Translations under genes and position numbers: made by a program
Notes under the pieces: model-generated
Seen by the model: only the letters and a program-made list of their open reading frames with translations
The model's database searches: none
Told to the model about the DNA's origin: nothing
Assembly: GCF_009834535.1 (NCBI RefSeq)
Contig: NC_045696.1
Location: 112,966,001-113,030,000, forward strand
DNA: 64,000 nt
Reading direction: 5' to 3'
Origin: Camelus ferus
Taxonomy: Eukaryota
Shown: positions 1-12,879 of the stretch, one piece after another
Layout: each line of letters opens with the position of its first letter
Numbering within the stretch: position 1 is the first letter of the stretch

Positions 1-324
1 ATCACTGAGTCACGAGTCATAGATTTCCATATTCTCCTCTCGGGAACCGGGCCAGCTGACCGCTAGACTAGCGATCCATGTTTAACGCTGCTACCGTGTG
101 GTCCTTACTGTCCTAATTTCAAGGGACTTGGGAGACTTTATGTACTGGCAGCTCTCCTTGGGCAGCACTATTTTTACTGAGTGAGAAACTGAGCTCTGCT
201 GTGAACTTAAGTATCTTTTCCAAAATGGCAAGTCAGGAGAGCCTGGAATTAGGACCCAGGGACCTGGCTTCTGTTCCAGAAAGCGTGTTGTAGCCTTTCC
301 ATCATGACAATCAGACACTCTAAC

Positions 325-472
325 ATAAACATACACACGTATATATACAATATACATAATATTATATATTATATATACATAATATATAATAATGTGTGTA
401 TGTATGAAATGTGTATATAACAGTATAATAATATGTATAATAGCATAGATGTGTATGCACGTGTGTGTGTGT
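325..472. repeat. AT-rich (TA)n/(TG)n low-complexity tract
   Basis: Degenerate atatat, tatgta and gtgtgt runs. Confidence 0.85.
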
Positions 473-515
473 TGAGAGTAGATTGTAGATTGGGCACATG
501 TAACAATTAGAGCAA

Positions 516-630
516 ATATTTTATTTTTAGTAGGGGAGGTAACTAAGTCTATTTATTTATTTTTAGAGGAAGTACAGGGGATTGAGTGCAGGACCTCGTG
601 TACGCTAAGTATGCACTCTACCCTGCCCCC
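516..630 (-). mobile_element. tRNA-Ala-derived SINE (camelid vic-1-like)
   Basis: Antisense tRNA-Ala(AGC)-like head (ggggattga..caggacctcgtg..cgctaag..tgcactcta) and AT-rich tail; aacaattag repeated at 502-510 and 631-639 (TSD). Confidence 0.85.
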
Positions 631-2333
631 AACAATTAGGAAAGGATTAATCTGAACTAAGTAACTCATTCAACTTCCAAATTAAAAAAAAAAAAAAAGA
701 GCTTTTAAGGACCATGGCTTCTCTTCTGTGACAAGAGTTTAGGGGTTTATTTGGGAAGTCATGAGTAATAAGCTGATGAAAGCAAAAGCTTGGACAGAGG
801 AGCGCTGACTGACAGTGGGTGTGTCTCCTTCAACTGGGGAAATAGGGTCGTGTGACTGGAGGTTCAGCAATGTTTACGATGAGGAAGGTGGAGGAGAGAG
901 CCGTGGTTTTCGTGGCATGGTGTACGATCACGGCATTGAGGGGGCCTCTGAGGGTTCTGACTCTGTGACACAGGTTGGTCAGTGGTTCTCAAGATGATTC
1001 AGACATAATTTTCCCTCTTCTGATTCTCTCAAGACTGTTTCTCCAGATGTCAGCAACGGTTTGTACAGAGTAGGTGCTCAAAAAATCATGGTTGGTGTGA
1101 GCGATCATGACATTCCTGGGTTTGGGTCCACTTTTTCTTATTCCCCTCCCATGTGAATAAATGTCTCCTTAACTTGCATGTCCACACACGCAGAGCCTGC
1201 CTCTGTGACAAGTGTGTGTCATGTTCTCACATACAGGGGAGAAGGCACTGCTTGTCTCTGGCTTCAGCTGTGGTTCCCATGGTGAGAAATGCCACAGCCA
1301 CGCCGATGTCCCAAGCTGCAAGTCCTGTCATCACTTTCAGTCCTTCTCCATAGTCCTGAGTGTTTTGGCAGGTCCTCATCTTATTTTAGTTTTTACTTAT
1401 GCTACTGTATGGGAAATCCTGAGTTTAACAACTTAATGCCAGCATCTTCAGAGCCTACTTTTATGCTTCTGTGTGCTATGAATCTCCAAGTAGGAGGGCA
1501 GTTTCCAAAACTTACTTGATCATCATATTCTTTGGTTGTTGTGTGTGTGTCTAAAACCACAAATGGCTACTGTTCAGTGCAAAAGGTTGTGAGGAATAGT
1601 TCATACCATTCCACTTTAAAAAAATCTATCTTCCATAGGCAATCTTTCAGCTGTTTGGATTCATGCTACCATTGCTGAAGTGTGCAATGATGTAAAAAAA
1701 TCACACTAAATTGCCATTACCTTAAAAATGTTACAATCATAAAATACACCTTTTCTTGACTTCACTTCTGATATTTAGGTATATTAATTTGCATACACCA
1801 GAGAATGGTTTATTTCTGTCATATACATTTTTGTTTCCTTTTTTCAGTTTCACTTAAGCTTCGTTGTAATTTCTACTCCACTGCCAGCATCTGGAAGTCT
1901 AGAATATGTTTGTATCTGAGTTGTAGTTACAACAGAAGAAAGCATAAGCTTGTATATTCTTGTATTATTTGTCTTTATTATTATTTATTTTTTTTTTAAA
2001 CCTGGGGAACCTTATACAGGAAATCTTTTTAAAAACAATTTAAATTGTGGCCTATGTGGATGATGGACATATGAATTTATACTGTAGTGGAGTAGTTGTA
2101 AGGGACTCTTGAAAAAAAAAAGTAACCCCAGGCATTTTGGCTTATTAATTTGATCTCACACTATAGAGTCATACAGGCAGGTATTACTCAGCTGACAGCA
2201 TCATCTGGAATGTACTCTACATGCATATTCCTTTACTGCTATTTAAGAATGTGTTCAGATCTATCTTTATTGATGTTGCCATAAAAACTAAGCCATAAAA
2301 TAAGTAAACTTGTTTTCTTTTCTCCTGGGATCT

Positions 2334-2436
2334 GTCCATCCCTCCACTCATCTATTCATCCATCCATCCACTCACCCATCCATTCATCCATCCATCCATC
2401 CATCCATTCATTCATCCATCCATCCACCCACCCATC
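2334..2436. repeat. (TCCA)n microsatellite grown from an L2 3' tail
   Basis: catc/catt tetramers directly followed by an antisense L2 end (ggcacctgctgggtgccagg). Confidence 0.85.
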
Positions 2437-3400
2437 ATATATGCCTTGGGCACCTGCTGGGTGCCAGGCTCTATGGTAGGTTCACCATGGTGAACATTTA
2501 AGAATTCTTGCTGTAGAGATGCTCGGTCTCCTAGGTCAACCTACAGGAGTTACTTTAGTTTAGAGCAGTGTTTCTCAGCCTGTGAACTATTGACATTTGG
2601 GGCCGGATGCTGCTTTGCCGGATCCTGTGTCTTGTAGGATGTTTAGCAGCATACCTGGCCTCTGCCCACTATGTACCAGTAGTTCCCCTCCACACCCCAG
2701 TTGCAGCAATCAGAAGTGTCTCCATATATTACCGGATGTCTCAGAGGAGGCCAGATCACCCCCACTGGAAACCGCTGGTGTAGAGTTAAGAGCTAGGGCT
2801 GCAGAGCGCGAATGTGTGGTTTCAGATCTCGGCTTCACCTGGCTTCGTTGCAGGTGCTGTTTCCTCATCTATAATGTGTGAAGATTAAAGGAAATAATGT
2901 AGCACTTGACCTGCAAATAAGTGTTCCTAAATATTAGCTATCTGTAGTGGTGGCAGAATTCACACTTCAACAATTACAATCAGTTACAATATTGGTAAGC
3001 TCTGTGATGGACTAAGTACAATGGGGACCCATGGTCCAGGGCAGGGAGAGTTCTAGGTAGTGAGAACACCCTATACGAGCGTATGAAGTGGGGTAAAAGC
3101 ATGAAGCATTTGGGAAATTGCAGGGAGCTTAGTCTGATGTGCAAAAGACAATAAATAGGTCGTTGGAGCAGGTGGGAGCCACATGGTGAAGACTGGCCTG
3201 GCCAAAAAAGGAAGATGGACTTTATCTTGACAGCATGAAGAGACTAAGGGATGTTCAGCACATCCTAAGGGATAGGTCTTGAGTGAGGCAGAGACTGGAG
3301 GTGATGAACCCAGATAGAGATTCTAGAATAATATGCCGAGAGATGAGAGCTGCTGGCACTGAGGCAGTTACATGTTGCCGTGAAGTCTTTGGGAACAGAT
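2437..3400 (-). mobile_element. L2 LINE 3' fragment interrupted by MER20 and a MIR (~2800-2945)
   Basis: Antisense L2 terminus at ~2440-2500; L2-like sequence resumes at ~2960 (ggagcttagtctg..., ggactttatcttgacagc). Confidence 0.55.
2566..2777 (+). mobile_element. MER20 hAT-Charlie non-autonomous DNA transposon
   Basis: TIRs cagtgtttctc...gaaaccgctg; 8-bp TSD gtttagag (2558-2565) and gtgtagag (2778-2785); internal ctattgacatttggggccgga and gatgtttagcagcat. Confidence 0.9.
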
Positions 3401-3842
3401 TTCACTTTCTGCAAGATGTGGCAAAATTTTTTAAAATTTAATTTCAATAATGCATATTTTTAGCAAGCTGGCTCTACATTTAGGGGAACTTCAAGTTTAA
3501 TTTGAAAGCAGATTACATGATAGGTTCTCTTTGAAGTGTTTTCAAATGAAGCTTAATTTAAAAACTATCTCACAGCCTATTCGTAGCTGACAGTTACTCA
3601 AGGATTTCTGTGCTATTAAGTGTTGATTTTCTAAATGATAGGGATTTTGTTTCTTTAATGATCAAAATTCGAATGGGTGGAGAGTCTGAATGAATGAGTG
3701 AATGATAGTGCCATTATGGAAATATCACCTGATAAAAAATAAAAATATTTTGAACAAGTCTTGACTTATCTGAGCTTTAATTTCCTTAGTCATGAAACCG
3801 TGAGAGTAAATAAATTTGGTAATTTCAAAGTTATCTTTAGCC

Positions 3843-4025
3843 CAGGCATTGGCAAACATTTTTTATAATAGGCCATATAATAAATATTTTCAGCTTTTCA
3901 GGGCTACTTAACACAGCCCTGTAGTACAAAAGCAGCAATAGATAATATGTAAATAGTCATGGCTGTGTACCAATAAAACTTTATTTATGAAAACACAAGG
4001 TGGGTTGGAGCTTTCTAACACCTGC
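3843..4025 (+). mobile_element. MER58A-like hAT element
   Basis: caggcattggcaaac..., aaagcagcaatagataatatgtaaa, ggctgtgtaccaataaaactttattta. Confidence 0.8.
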
Positions 4026-4029
4026 TGGC

Positions 4030-4340
4030 CCAGCCAGAGTCCAGTAGAAATATAATGTGAGCCATACGTGCAGTTTAAAATTTTCTAGTAGCCATGTTAT
4101 AAATAAGTAAAAAGCAACCAGTGAGTTTAATTTCAATAGTATATTTTATTTCACCTAATACATCCAAAAATTATTAACATATAATCAATATAAGAATGAG
4201 ATATTTTACTTTTTGTATGAAATCTTCAGTATCTGGTGTGTATTTTACACTTGCAGCACATCTCAGTTTCAACTAGCCACCTTTCAAGGGCTCAATGAGC
4301 CATTAGTGGCCAGTAGCCACTATCATTAGGCAATACGACT
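4030..4340. mobile_element. MER33-like hAT element
   Basis: gtccagtagaaatataatgtgagcca..., ttttctagtagcca, gcacatctcagttt..actagccac..ttcaag.gctcaat. Confidence 0.8.
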
Positions 4341-5829
4341 TTAGCCTTAAAAACTATGATTCTATCCAATTCAATGCAAAAATAAATGATATACATTATT
4401 TCAAGTGATGGAGACAAATTTTTTCTTACCACACGTACTGCTTAGGAAAACACTATCTACACTTTGAAAGGAAATTAAAAAAAATACAAAGTGGCTGAGA
4501 AAAATAGAAGTTTATCTTTCACCCACGGGAAGTTGAAAATTGCTCTTCCTGATTAATTGGCGGCTCTGCTCTGGGTGGATTAAAGGAGTCCCCATTGCTT
4601 TGGTCTTGGGCTCCTCCGTCTCCAACTCAGGGCATCCAAGGTCACGTCTTCACTGCATCAGACCCCTGAGAAAGAAAGAGAGAGAGCAGGTCCCCGCCTC
4701 ACAGCTGCTTTCCTGTGATGAATCCATACTGTGGAAGGGGAGCCAGAGTACGTGGTGATCAGTGAGTCATCTTTGCCACCCTGTTGTTTTTCAGTTCTGT
4801 TTTTCATTTCTGGTAAGGGTCGCCTCACATCACTGTTTGGGTACTTTTGAAGGCATTCCAAGTGATGGAGACGTCTTGGTAGTCACGGGTTTTTTTGGAT
4901 TTTGGTGCAAGACCATCCTCCTCTCTGACCTAATTCTGGTTCCTCACTTCCTGCTCACTCATTTGGGGACCTCTTTGAGCCAGCTAGACCTGACCTGTCC
5001 TTCCAGTCCTTGACCATCATTTTGACTTCCCTGATAGATCTGGGTGGTTCGTATGTTCGTAGTACGGCGAGCTGGCTGATCAAGCCTGGTATTACTGCTG
5101 CGACATGAATGTGCTACTATTTCTTTTTTTAAAGGAAACTCAAATTGAAAGTAGAGATATCAGGAGGCAGAGGCCAGAGCTGATTCTTGGTGTGTTGACG
5201 GAGATACTGAAGCCATTTTCCCGGAATCATCTTACAGAGCTTAGCCCATTTAAATAAATGCCTCATTATGAAATATCTTGCCTAAAAATAGCAATTTTCC
5301 TAGTATTTATTCTACTTATCATTCCTTACTACAAGAGAGAACCCTATTTTTTTAGTCAAAAAGGATGTTTGTTTTCTTCACCAGTTATAAACACACTTTA
5401 TCAAATATTGAGCCAGTTCGTTGAAGTGCCTCTGGTGAAGGAAATGGAAGAGGGGCACGAATAATAAAAGCGAGGTCAGTGAAAGAACAAAGGAGCTCTT
5501 TCCCTCTAACCTTGTGTATTTTACCTTTTGGAAAACTTACCATTTAATTATTATTAAAAATGTCTTATTCTAAGAAATAAGGAAATGCAAAGTGCTAGTG
5601 TGTTTTGGATTATTAAGAAATAAGACCCACCAGTGATAAGACGTATCATGTTGAGGACATGTCAAAGGAAAAGAAAGAATTGTTTGCCTTTATATTACCC
5701 CAGGGAGGGCTTTGACGCCACCAGTCTATTTTTGTAAAATATTTTGCAATATTTTTGAAAATTAAAATTTGAGATATGAAGAAGTTAATCCTGATAAGGG
5801 CCTCTCGTGTACAGAATCCAGATTAACTC

Positions 5830-5965
5830 TTTTTGGGGGGGGGGTTGGGTGTGTAGGTAATTAATTTTATTTATTTATTTTTTTTAATGGAAGTGCTGGG
5901 GATTGAACCCAGGACCTCGTGCATGCTAAGCACACACTCTACCACTGAGCTATATACCCTCCCCC
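5830..5965 (-). mobile_element. tRNA-Ala-derived SINE (vic-1-like)
   Basis: ctggggattgaacccaggacctcgtgcatgctaagcacacactctaccactgagctata; degenerate TSD agaatccagattaactct / agaatcccgctaattct. Confidence 0.92.
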
Positions 5966-6269
5966 TCTAGAATCCCGCTAATTCTTGATATTCTATCATA
6001 AGGGAGTAATTCTCTCAGGAATCCCCAGCTTGTTACTGGCCCATCACTGGGCTTCCTGGGGCTCAGGGTAGCTTGCAGCGTGGCCACCAGTCAAATCCTA
6101 TATTAAAGTTCTGTCATGGAGCAGGAAGGAGAGACACTTTCCTCTAAAGATTATGTGTGTTGTAGGGAGGGTGAAAACTGGGGATCCTGGGTCCTGGATT
6201 GGTTGAGAGCTAGAGTGTTGGAGAGAGTTCAGGAGTTACAGGAGAGGTGGGGGACATCCTACTGGCATT

Positions 6270-6500
6270 GAGTTGGATGCCAGGCTTTGCCCGCTTCTAG
6301 CTTTTGGTCTCTCTGGCAAGTTACTTAACTGCTTTGAACTTCAGTCACCCCATCTGTGCAACAAAAATAATATTGGTCCTTACTTCACAGCATCGTGGAG
6401 GAGATTAAATGGGATCATGGTAATAAACTGCTTAGCCAGTCTGTAGCACCTGGTGAATGCCCAAGACATGGGAAACAATTTTATTCTCATCTTACTATTA
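6270..6500 (+). mobile_element. MIR SINE
   Basis: Core ggcaagttacttaac...cagt..ccccatctgt; ggagattaaatgggat. Confidence 0.8.
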
Positions 6501-7169
6501 CAAAAGTTGTAAAATTGATTGTGTTAAGGAAACTTGCACCTCGGAAGTACAGAGCTCTGTTGTCCGAAAGACTGGAAATCAGAGAGATCTGGGAAGTCAC
6601 CCTCTGAATTTCTGTGATTATTTTGCATCATTAGTTATTCTTTTTTGCAGTTTAACATTGTTACAATGTGTTGATTGGTAGCAGTCTCCTCTTTATAGAT
6701 GTCCTAGCCCTTTTCAGCCTCAAGAGATATGTTCCATGGTCAGTCGTTGAACTTCGCAAACCTCAGTGTTTGCGGAATGTAAGAAGAATAGATGTTCGGT
6801 TACCTGCCCAGGACTCCAGCCTCTCGAACACAGAGTTGGCTCTCCCACTTGGACTGGATGTGACGTTGGAGCTTACTTCCTTGTTTCATAGCATCTACTT
6901 GCCTCTCTCGCTCTGATGCTTTTTGACTGTCCACGATCAAACTTCTGCCCCTTAACGTCCAATGCATAATTTTTCAATGCCTCTATTTCAACCCAGCTTC
7001 CTAATATCCTTTATTCAAGAGGCTCCCCAAGCCCTGATTAATTAGGATTGAGATCCACATTATCTCTGGTTCTGCTCTGCTGAAACATGCCACTTTAATG
7101 ACACCTCCCTCACCCCTGCGTCCAAAGGGAATATTACAAGTTTAGTCCCTTACTGCATGCATTTCTTCA

Positions 7170-7312
7170 CTGGTCACTGTCCAAACCTCATATTGGCCAG
7201 TGAGATGGCTATTTCTTTGCTGGATTTGAAGTTCCAAGAGGGCAGGGGCTGTGTGTTGAACAAGCTCAGTGGAGTCTAGAAGGCAGCCCTGGCAGGTAGG
7301 TGCTGAGTAATG
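7170..7312 (+). mobile_element. L2 3' end
   Basis: gaagttccaagagggcaggggctgtgt...cctggcaggtaggtgctgagtaa. Confidence 0.65.
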
Positions 7313-8451
7313 CTTCCCTGCTGTTTTGACCAACCGCACGCAGGCTGTTTTCGTATAATTAGGATGAATCTAATTTTAAAATGAACAACCGTGTGTCCTC
7401 AGATGAACCAGAATATACACTTACAAGGCGCTGCTGTCCTGCATTATAAATAAGGGAATAGGTTGTCCTGCAGAAAAGCTCTGCTGTTCTTTTCCCTTAA
7501 AGGGGGGGAAAAAAAAGGTAGCTCTCCACGCATGAGCACCGAGATAGAAGATCTTCCCATCGTCTCACCTAAGTTGGCAAGAAATCAGGACCCCAAAGTG
7601 GACGTTCTCTGCGAAGATGAAAGCGAGCAAGCATCCACAACCCAGGAAGAGTGGCTTCTGAGGATTTGGAAAGAAGCATCCTTAAAGAATGGCTTACTGT
7701 GCACGGGACCGGAAGCTTGGTGCCTGATTCCCAGCCTGTGTGACAGCGGGACATTCCCAGGCAATGGCTTCGCGCTCCAGCAGGGCCACATTGGGAGGCT
7801 GTCAGGAAGTGCCCGCAGCATCGCTGTCTGCCGGCCTTCTGCTGGCGTGGGGAGCCCCTCAAGCTCCTAGCTTCTTCTGGAGGTCTTTAGCATCCCAGAA
7901 GTCCCATGACAGGGAAGATGAGTGACTTAACATCTCCCCGAGGGGGTTCACAGTCCTCTTCTCTTCTTTGTCTGGCAGGGTTGTGAAAGAGCTGTTGCAT
8001 TTTGCTCCTCTGTGGTTTAAAATCCCCACTGGTAATTCTTTAAAGTTCATTTGAGCCACCGGAGCCGTTCTTTTCATCTCTGCCTCCTCCCAGCCCTAGA
8101 GTGAGACCCGCTTCTCGGAGTCACGTGTTACTTATTTGAGTTCTTGCAGAAGTCTGACTTCAGGGTCGCTTGAGACTGAGAGGGACTGTGCTCGCGTTGT
8201 CTGCCAGCCTTGAGCGAAAGGTGTGGGTCTGTCTATTCCTCAACGGGAGAGAGGGGACCGTGCCCAAAGCTGTATTTCTGATGGGCTGAAATGAGTGGGG
8301 CGAGGAGCCCAATGATTCTGTGCTCAGGACCTGGGGGTGGGAAGACCCGCCCCTCTAAGAGAGGGCTCCTAAGGACCCAGAGAGTTCTCACATCAGAGGA
8401 AACTGGGACCAAGCGGCTGCCAGCCCAGGATTCCTTCAGAAGACTCGCCGC

Positions 8452-8895
8452 TAGAGTTTGGGTTCCCCAGAAGCACACCCTGAGATGAGAATTCAAGTGC
8501 AAGTTATTTGGGTGGAAGGTAAAGAAAACACCCATAGGAGAGTGGGGAAGAAGCCAGAACAGGGGTGAGAGGTGTTACCAGACCAGTTACCAGTGTGAGC
8601 GCCTGGAGCTCGATCCCGCCGGGGAGCTCTGGGAGACGGTGTGGAACACATGTCTCATTGTTCCCCACCCAAGAGGCAAGGGAGCGTGTACTTACTCACC
8701 AAAACCTGTCAGGCAATGGTCGAGGACTGCATACGAAGGCGACTGATTTCCTGGCATTTCAGGACTACCACTTGGGTAGCCAAGAGCACACCTCCAGGCA
8801 AAGGAATGTAGTTTTTGGCAGTCGGGAGATAAGCTGATGGGCACTAAAATGGTGCCCGTGGGGTTGGGATCAGGGCACCAGCAGCATTTGCTACA
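8452..8895 (-). mobile_element. LTR33-like ERVL solo LTR
   Basis: gggttccccagaagcacaccctgaga...gtgcaagttattt; ends gcaccagcagcatttgctaca (reverse complement of a TGTAGC.. start). Confidence 0.75.
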
Positions 8896-9286
8896 CGTAA
8901 GCCTTTCTTGTCAGTGGCATATTACCCTGGAGGGCAGCCTGTGACCCCCATTTCCACCCAAAGACCACTGGCCTCTCTCAGAGTTCTGTTTGCTTCTCAT
9001 GAGGCACAGACTGCCTTTAGCTGGAGCAGTGGAGCTGACACCACCAGCAGTTGGTTCAGGATTGACCAGAGAGGGATCCAGTGAGGCAGAAGGCACAGCC
9101 AGATTCCCTCCCCGACCCTGCCCCAGCCTCATCTCTCTCCTCACTGCTGTCCTCTCTGAGGTCTTGCTGGTCACCAGGAATAGCCTGGTGGTCCTGGTGA
9201 GTGCATTCTCTTCTTTCCTAAGAGCTTCTGCTCTTGTCTCTACCATGCCTTTTTTTTTTTTTTTTTTTTTTTTGGTCTCCCTGGAG

Positions 9287-9506
9287 CATGGTTTCTCAAC
9301 CTAGGCGCTATTGACCTTTGGGACAAATAATTCTTTGTTGGGGGGGTTCTGCCCTGTGCACTGTAGAATGTTTAGCAGTACCCCCACCCTATACCCACTG
9401 GAAGTCATTAGCACTCCACCCCTGAATTATGACAATTAAAAATGTCTCCAGACGTTGTTGCCGAGTGTCCCCTGAGAGGTGCAATTGTCACCATTGAAAA
9501 TGACTT
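9287..9506 (+). mobile_element. MER20 hAT element
   Basis: catggtttctcaacct.ggc.ctattgac..., aatgtttagcagta, aaaaatgtctccagac. Confidence 0.88.
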
Positions 9507-9894
9507 TCTTAGACCTCAGTTCCAGCTCTTACTCCTTCCCTCCCCCAAGCTCCACATCAGTGATAATTACCCTTCACTATGATCCTGCTTTTCATGGGGG
9601 GTGGGGAGAGACATTCCCAAATCTGGGAGATTGATTCTGATACCACCACCTCTTCCACCGGCCCATGCCCTCTTCCAGCCAGAAATCAACGTTCGCTGCC
9701 CTGGCCGGTCTGTCTGTCTTTTCCCTCCCTTCCTCCGTGTTCTCCCCACCCGCATTGTCAACAGCTGCAGTTTGGAAGATGCCAAATTTTCATTCCTGTT
9801 TCCCTTTTAAAGCCACCTGCTCAGTATAATAAAGCAAATACTATAACGGCAAATCAGCTAATAAAGTGAGATATAACATTTTTGAAAGTTATGT

Positions 9895-10010
9895 TCATAC
9901 ATTCATTCTTTTATCAAACATTTCTCCAGCACCAAATACGTGCCAGATACGTGCTTGGGTGCCGTGGTGAGCACACTGCCTTGTCCCTCCAGAGAGGTAC
10001 ACAAAATGAT
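9895..10010 (-). mobile_element. L2 3' end
   Basis: attcattc...aaacatttctccagcaccaaatacgtgccagatacgtgcttgggtgc. Confidence 0.65.
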
Positions 10011-10944
10011 TACACAAAAGACAGCCTCACCAAAACTAAGACTATTTTCATTTTATCAGAACACATACACTCCAAATTCTGGAGGCTGGAAGTACAGAAA
10101 GCCAGTATTGTACCAGGAACAGTTCTAATTCCTGCTCAATATTTCCTAGTGTGGGAATTCAAACGCTACGATTTAGAGTTATGAAATCATGCTTTGAACT
10201 ACAGGATTTACCCCGGTCACATTCAGAAGTATGTTACGAGTGCAGTCCACCTCGACAAGCAGGTTTCACAGTTTAACAAGTGCCTGAAACGAAACGGTAA
10301 TAAATCTTTCACACTCTGCTTTGCCGACATCACATTTGCTGTTCGTGCTTTGTTGAGACTAAGTCGTGGTGCACATGTTTAGGTCATCCCCCCAAGGGGT
10401 TTCCAGGCCATCACAAACAGGGTTGCCTTGGCACACCCCCACCCACCCCAGCTTTCTTGGCTGAGAGTTGGTTGTTGAGAAAGGAAGCAGAGTACAGATC
10501 ACAGAGGAGAGGATGTTGAAGGCGTAAGGACTTCTTTGCTGCAGTGAGTGTGCTGCGGGGTGGGACTGCCTGGGTGGGCCCCACCCGGGGAGCGGTTACA
10601 CCTGGTCGTGGCCACATGGCTGTGGGGTGGTGGTGTGTCCCGCGCAGCCGTACTCCTCTGCACCCCCACTTCTCAGACCTTGCTGTCCCCAATCAGCCCA
10701 TCCACACCACTTCAAAATGGTGGTAAAGGCAGAATCTTGGTGTCCCAGCCCTGCTCAACCAGAACCTGCATTTCAGCCAGATCCCAGGGTTCACGTGCGC
10801 ACCTCAGCGGGAGGCGAGCTCTTGTCCTACTGGCACCTGTTACTTCATCCTAAGTAAAAACATGCCGTCCAAGTGTGTAACCGCATTAGTGTGGGGACCC
10901 TGGGGGCTTGACTAACCCATTATATCTAAGTTTCTTGTTTTTTA

Positions 10945-11175
10945 AACTCAGTAATCCGCATGTTAGCAGGCTTTGAATCAACATAATGAATCACAATCAA
11001 CAAAAGTTTTCAGTAAAAAAGACTAGGATAGAAGGTATTAGAGTAAATCAAGTATTTTGAAACATTTGTTTTATTAAAAAAAATGCATGCGCACGTGCAC
11101 AACACCTTTATATGTATGTGCTGGGTCATGATAATAACAAAATAGAATTCTGGCTGGGGTTATGATGAAAAAAAA
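10945..11175. mobile_element. Old hAT-Charlie fragment (MER119-like)
   Basis: tatgtgctgggtcatgataata..aaaat.gaattct..ctggggttatgatgaaaaa resembles the MER119 terminus as I recall it. Confidence 0.45.
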
Positions 11176-12533
11176 AAAGCAAGCAAGCAAACAAACCCCC
11201 CAAAATGAACATGTCTCTCTCTCTTTCTATGTCAGTGTTTAAACTAAAATAAAACCTCAGGCCTTGGACATATGCCCCTTGACTCTCCCCTGAGATGGTG
11301 AGATTATATTCCCTAATTCAGATTCCTGAACAAGTAAAATGTCTAACTAGCATATACGAATGTTAAAATTATCTCAATTACACATTAATGACATTAAGAA
11401 TTTAAATTTACACTCAGTTTCAAAAACAATGCTCTATCAGAAGATGCCTCAAAATCTTGCAAAAGATACCTTTAAAGAGAAGCTCATTTTAAATCAGGAA
11501 AATTCACCTGTAGGCAGACGGAAGGATGTCCCTAACCTGGAAGGGAATAATCATTTTGAACCCCAAAGAAACCCCCAGGCTATGAGAAATACAGGGTATC
11601 CCCAGCGTGGCAGTGCTGTTTTAAATTTCTGTATCCTCTGAGTTGTGACTGCTACAAACTTACAAAAACAAAGTATTTGGGAGTTTCAAGATTGACATTT
11701 CTTCAGTACTCATTTAGCTTTGCAGATTTGGAAAAGTACAATTTCACTTTTCATTGAATTTTTTCAGCGGTTGCCAGCTTCAATCAGGGAGAGTGAAAAA
11801 AGAAAAATTAAAAGAGATGTGTATCATGGAGCTTTCCAGGGCGTTCTTGTCGAAGTTTGTAGCTTTAACTCTTCTGAAGGTATTAAACACCAGGCAGAAG
11901 GAAGGAAAGCCTGTGTGCGGCCAAGGCGCCAGGACCTTGGGAGTCAGATTTCACCACGTGTGGGAAAGAACTAGCGTGGGGGGTGAGGCCAGGTCCCTGT
12001 GAAGGAGGGTGCTAATGCCAGCATGAGCCAGGTCACAGGGAAGTGCTTTCTTGCAGGCAGGATCCTGCCAGACAGAGTCCTCAGTGCAAGTGCCTTTGCC
12101 CTCCAGAATAGGGGGCCAACCTTCAGAGCTGGTCCCGGGCTTGCCTCGGTCCTCTTGGCTCCTGTCTCACCTTCTTCCCTCCTCTGCCCTGCCTCCGATT
12201 TTGCTGAAATGATTGTTCACCCCAGTGGGGCCTTAGAAAGACGCCAGGGAGTTATTTAAAGCAGCATTTCATGAAAAATGATTTCAAATATTCTTTTAAG
12301 GAACAGTTGAAAATGTTTTCTTTATTTTCTTCTATAGTAAGTATGTCAACTCTATAGACGCTTTGCTTTATTAAAGTTGAAAAAAAAATGATGGTGTCCG
12401 TATTCTTTAAGATTGCTGTGCTGGGGGGGGGATTTCGAAAATAATTTCACATGCTGTAAAAGGTGAGAAAACTAGTATTCCCTCTCAGGTGCAGGTGTGA
12501 ATATACATAGTTTTGCTCATTTTTAAAAATTGT

Positions 12534-12703
12534 GGGGAGGGTGGGGCAGGTACAGCTCAGTGGGAGAGCGCGTGCTTAGCATGCTTGAGGTCCTGGGTTC
12601 AATCCCCAGTACCTTCACTTAAAAAAATCGGGGGATTCCCCTCTTTAAAAAAACCAAAGCAAACAGAAAAAACAACTTACCAACCAAAAAATTAAAAAAA
12701 AAA
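12534..12703 (+). mobile_element. tRNA-Ala-derived SINE (vic-1-like)
   Basis: ggtacagctcagtgggagagcgcgtgcttagcatgcttgaggtcctgggttcaatccccagtacc with A and B boxes, followed by an A-rich tail. Confidence 0.92.
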
Positions 12704-12879
12704 ACTATCCTGTTTTCTTTGTTCCAAAATTCCTTGCTAGTGTACAACTCTTTGAGAATATATACTTATGTATATATGTTCAAATTATATAATTTGAGTG
12801 TATATGAACATATATATTTTGAACATATACTGAATATATTAAATATATATCATTTGAAACCAATATGAGAAAGGATATT

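Noticed and set aside
2334..2436. Regularly repeated short units
   Set aside because: Simple (TCCA)n microsatellite with no repeat-spacer structure; CRISPR is not applicable
7463..7870. Longest ORF (135 aa)
   Set aside because: Non-ATG start, no recognisable domain, overlapping ORFs on both strands, consistent with chance in GC-richer DNA
12545..12620. tRNA-Ala(AGC)-like sequences here and at five other loci
   Set aside because: They carry A-rich tails, TSD-like flanks and stem mismatches, so they are SINE copies rather than functional tRNA genes
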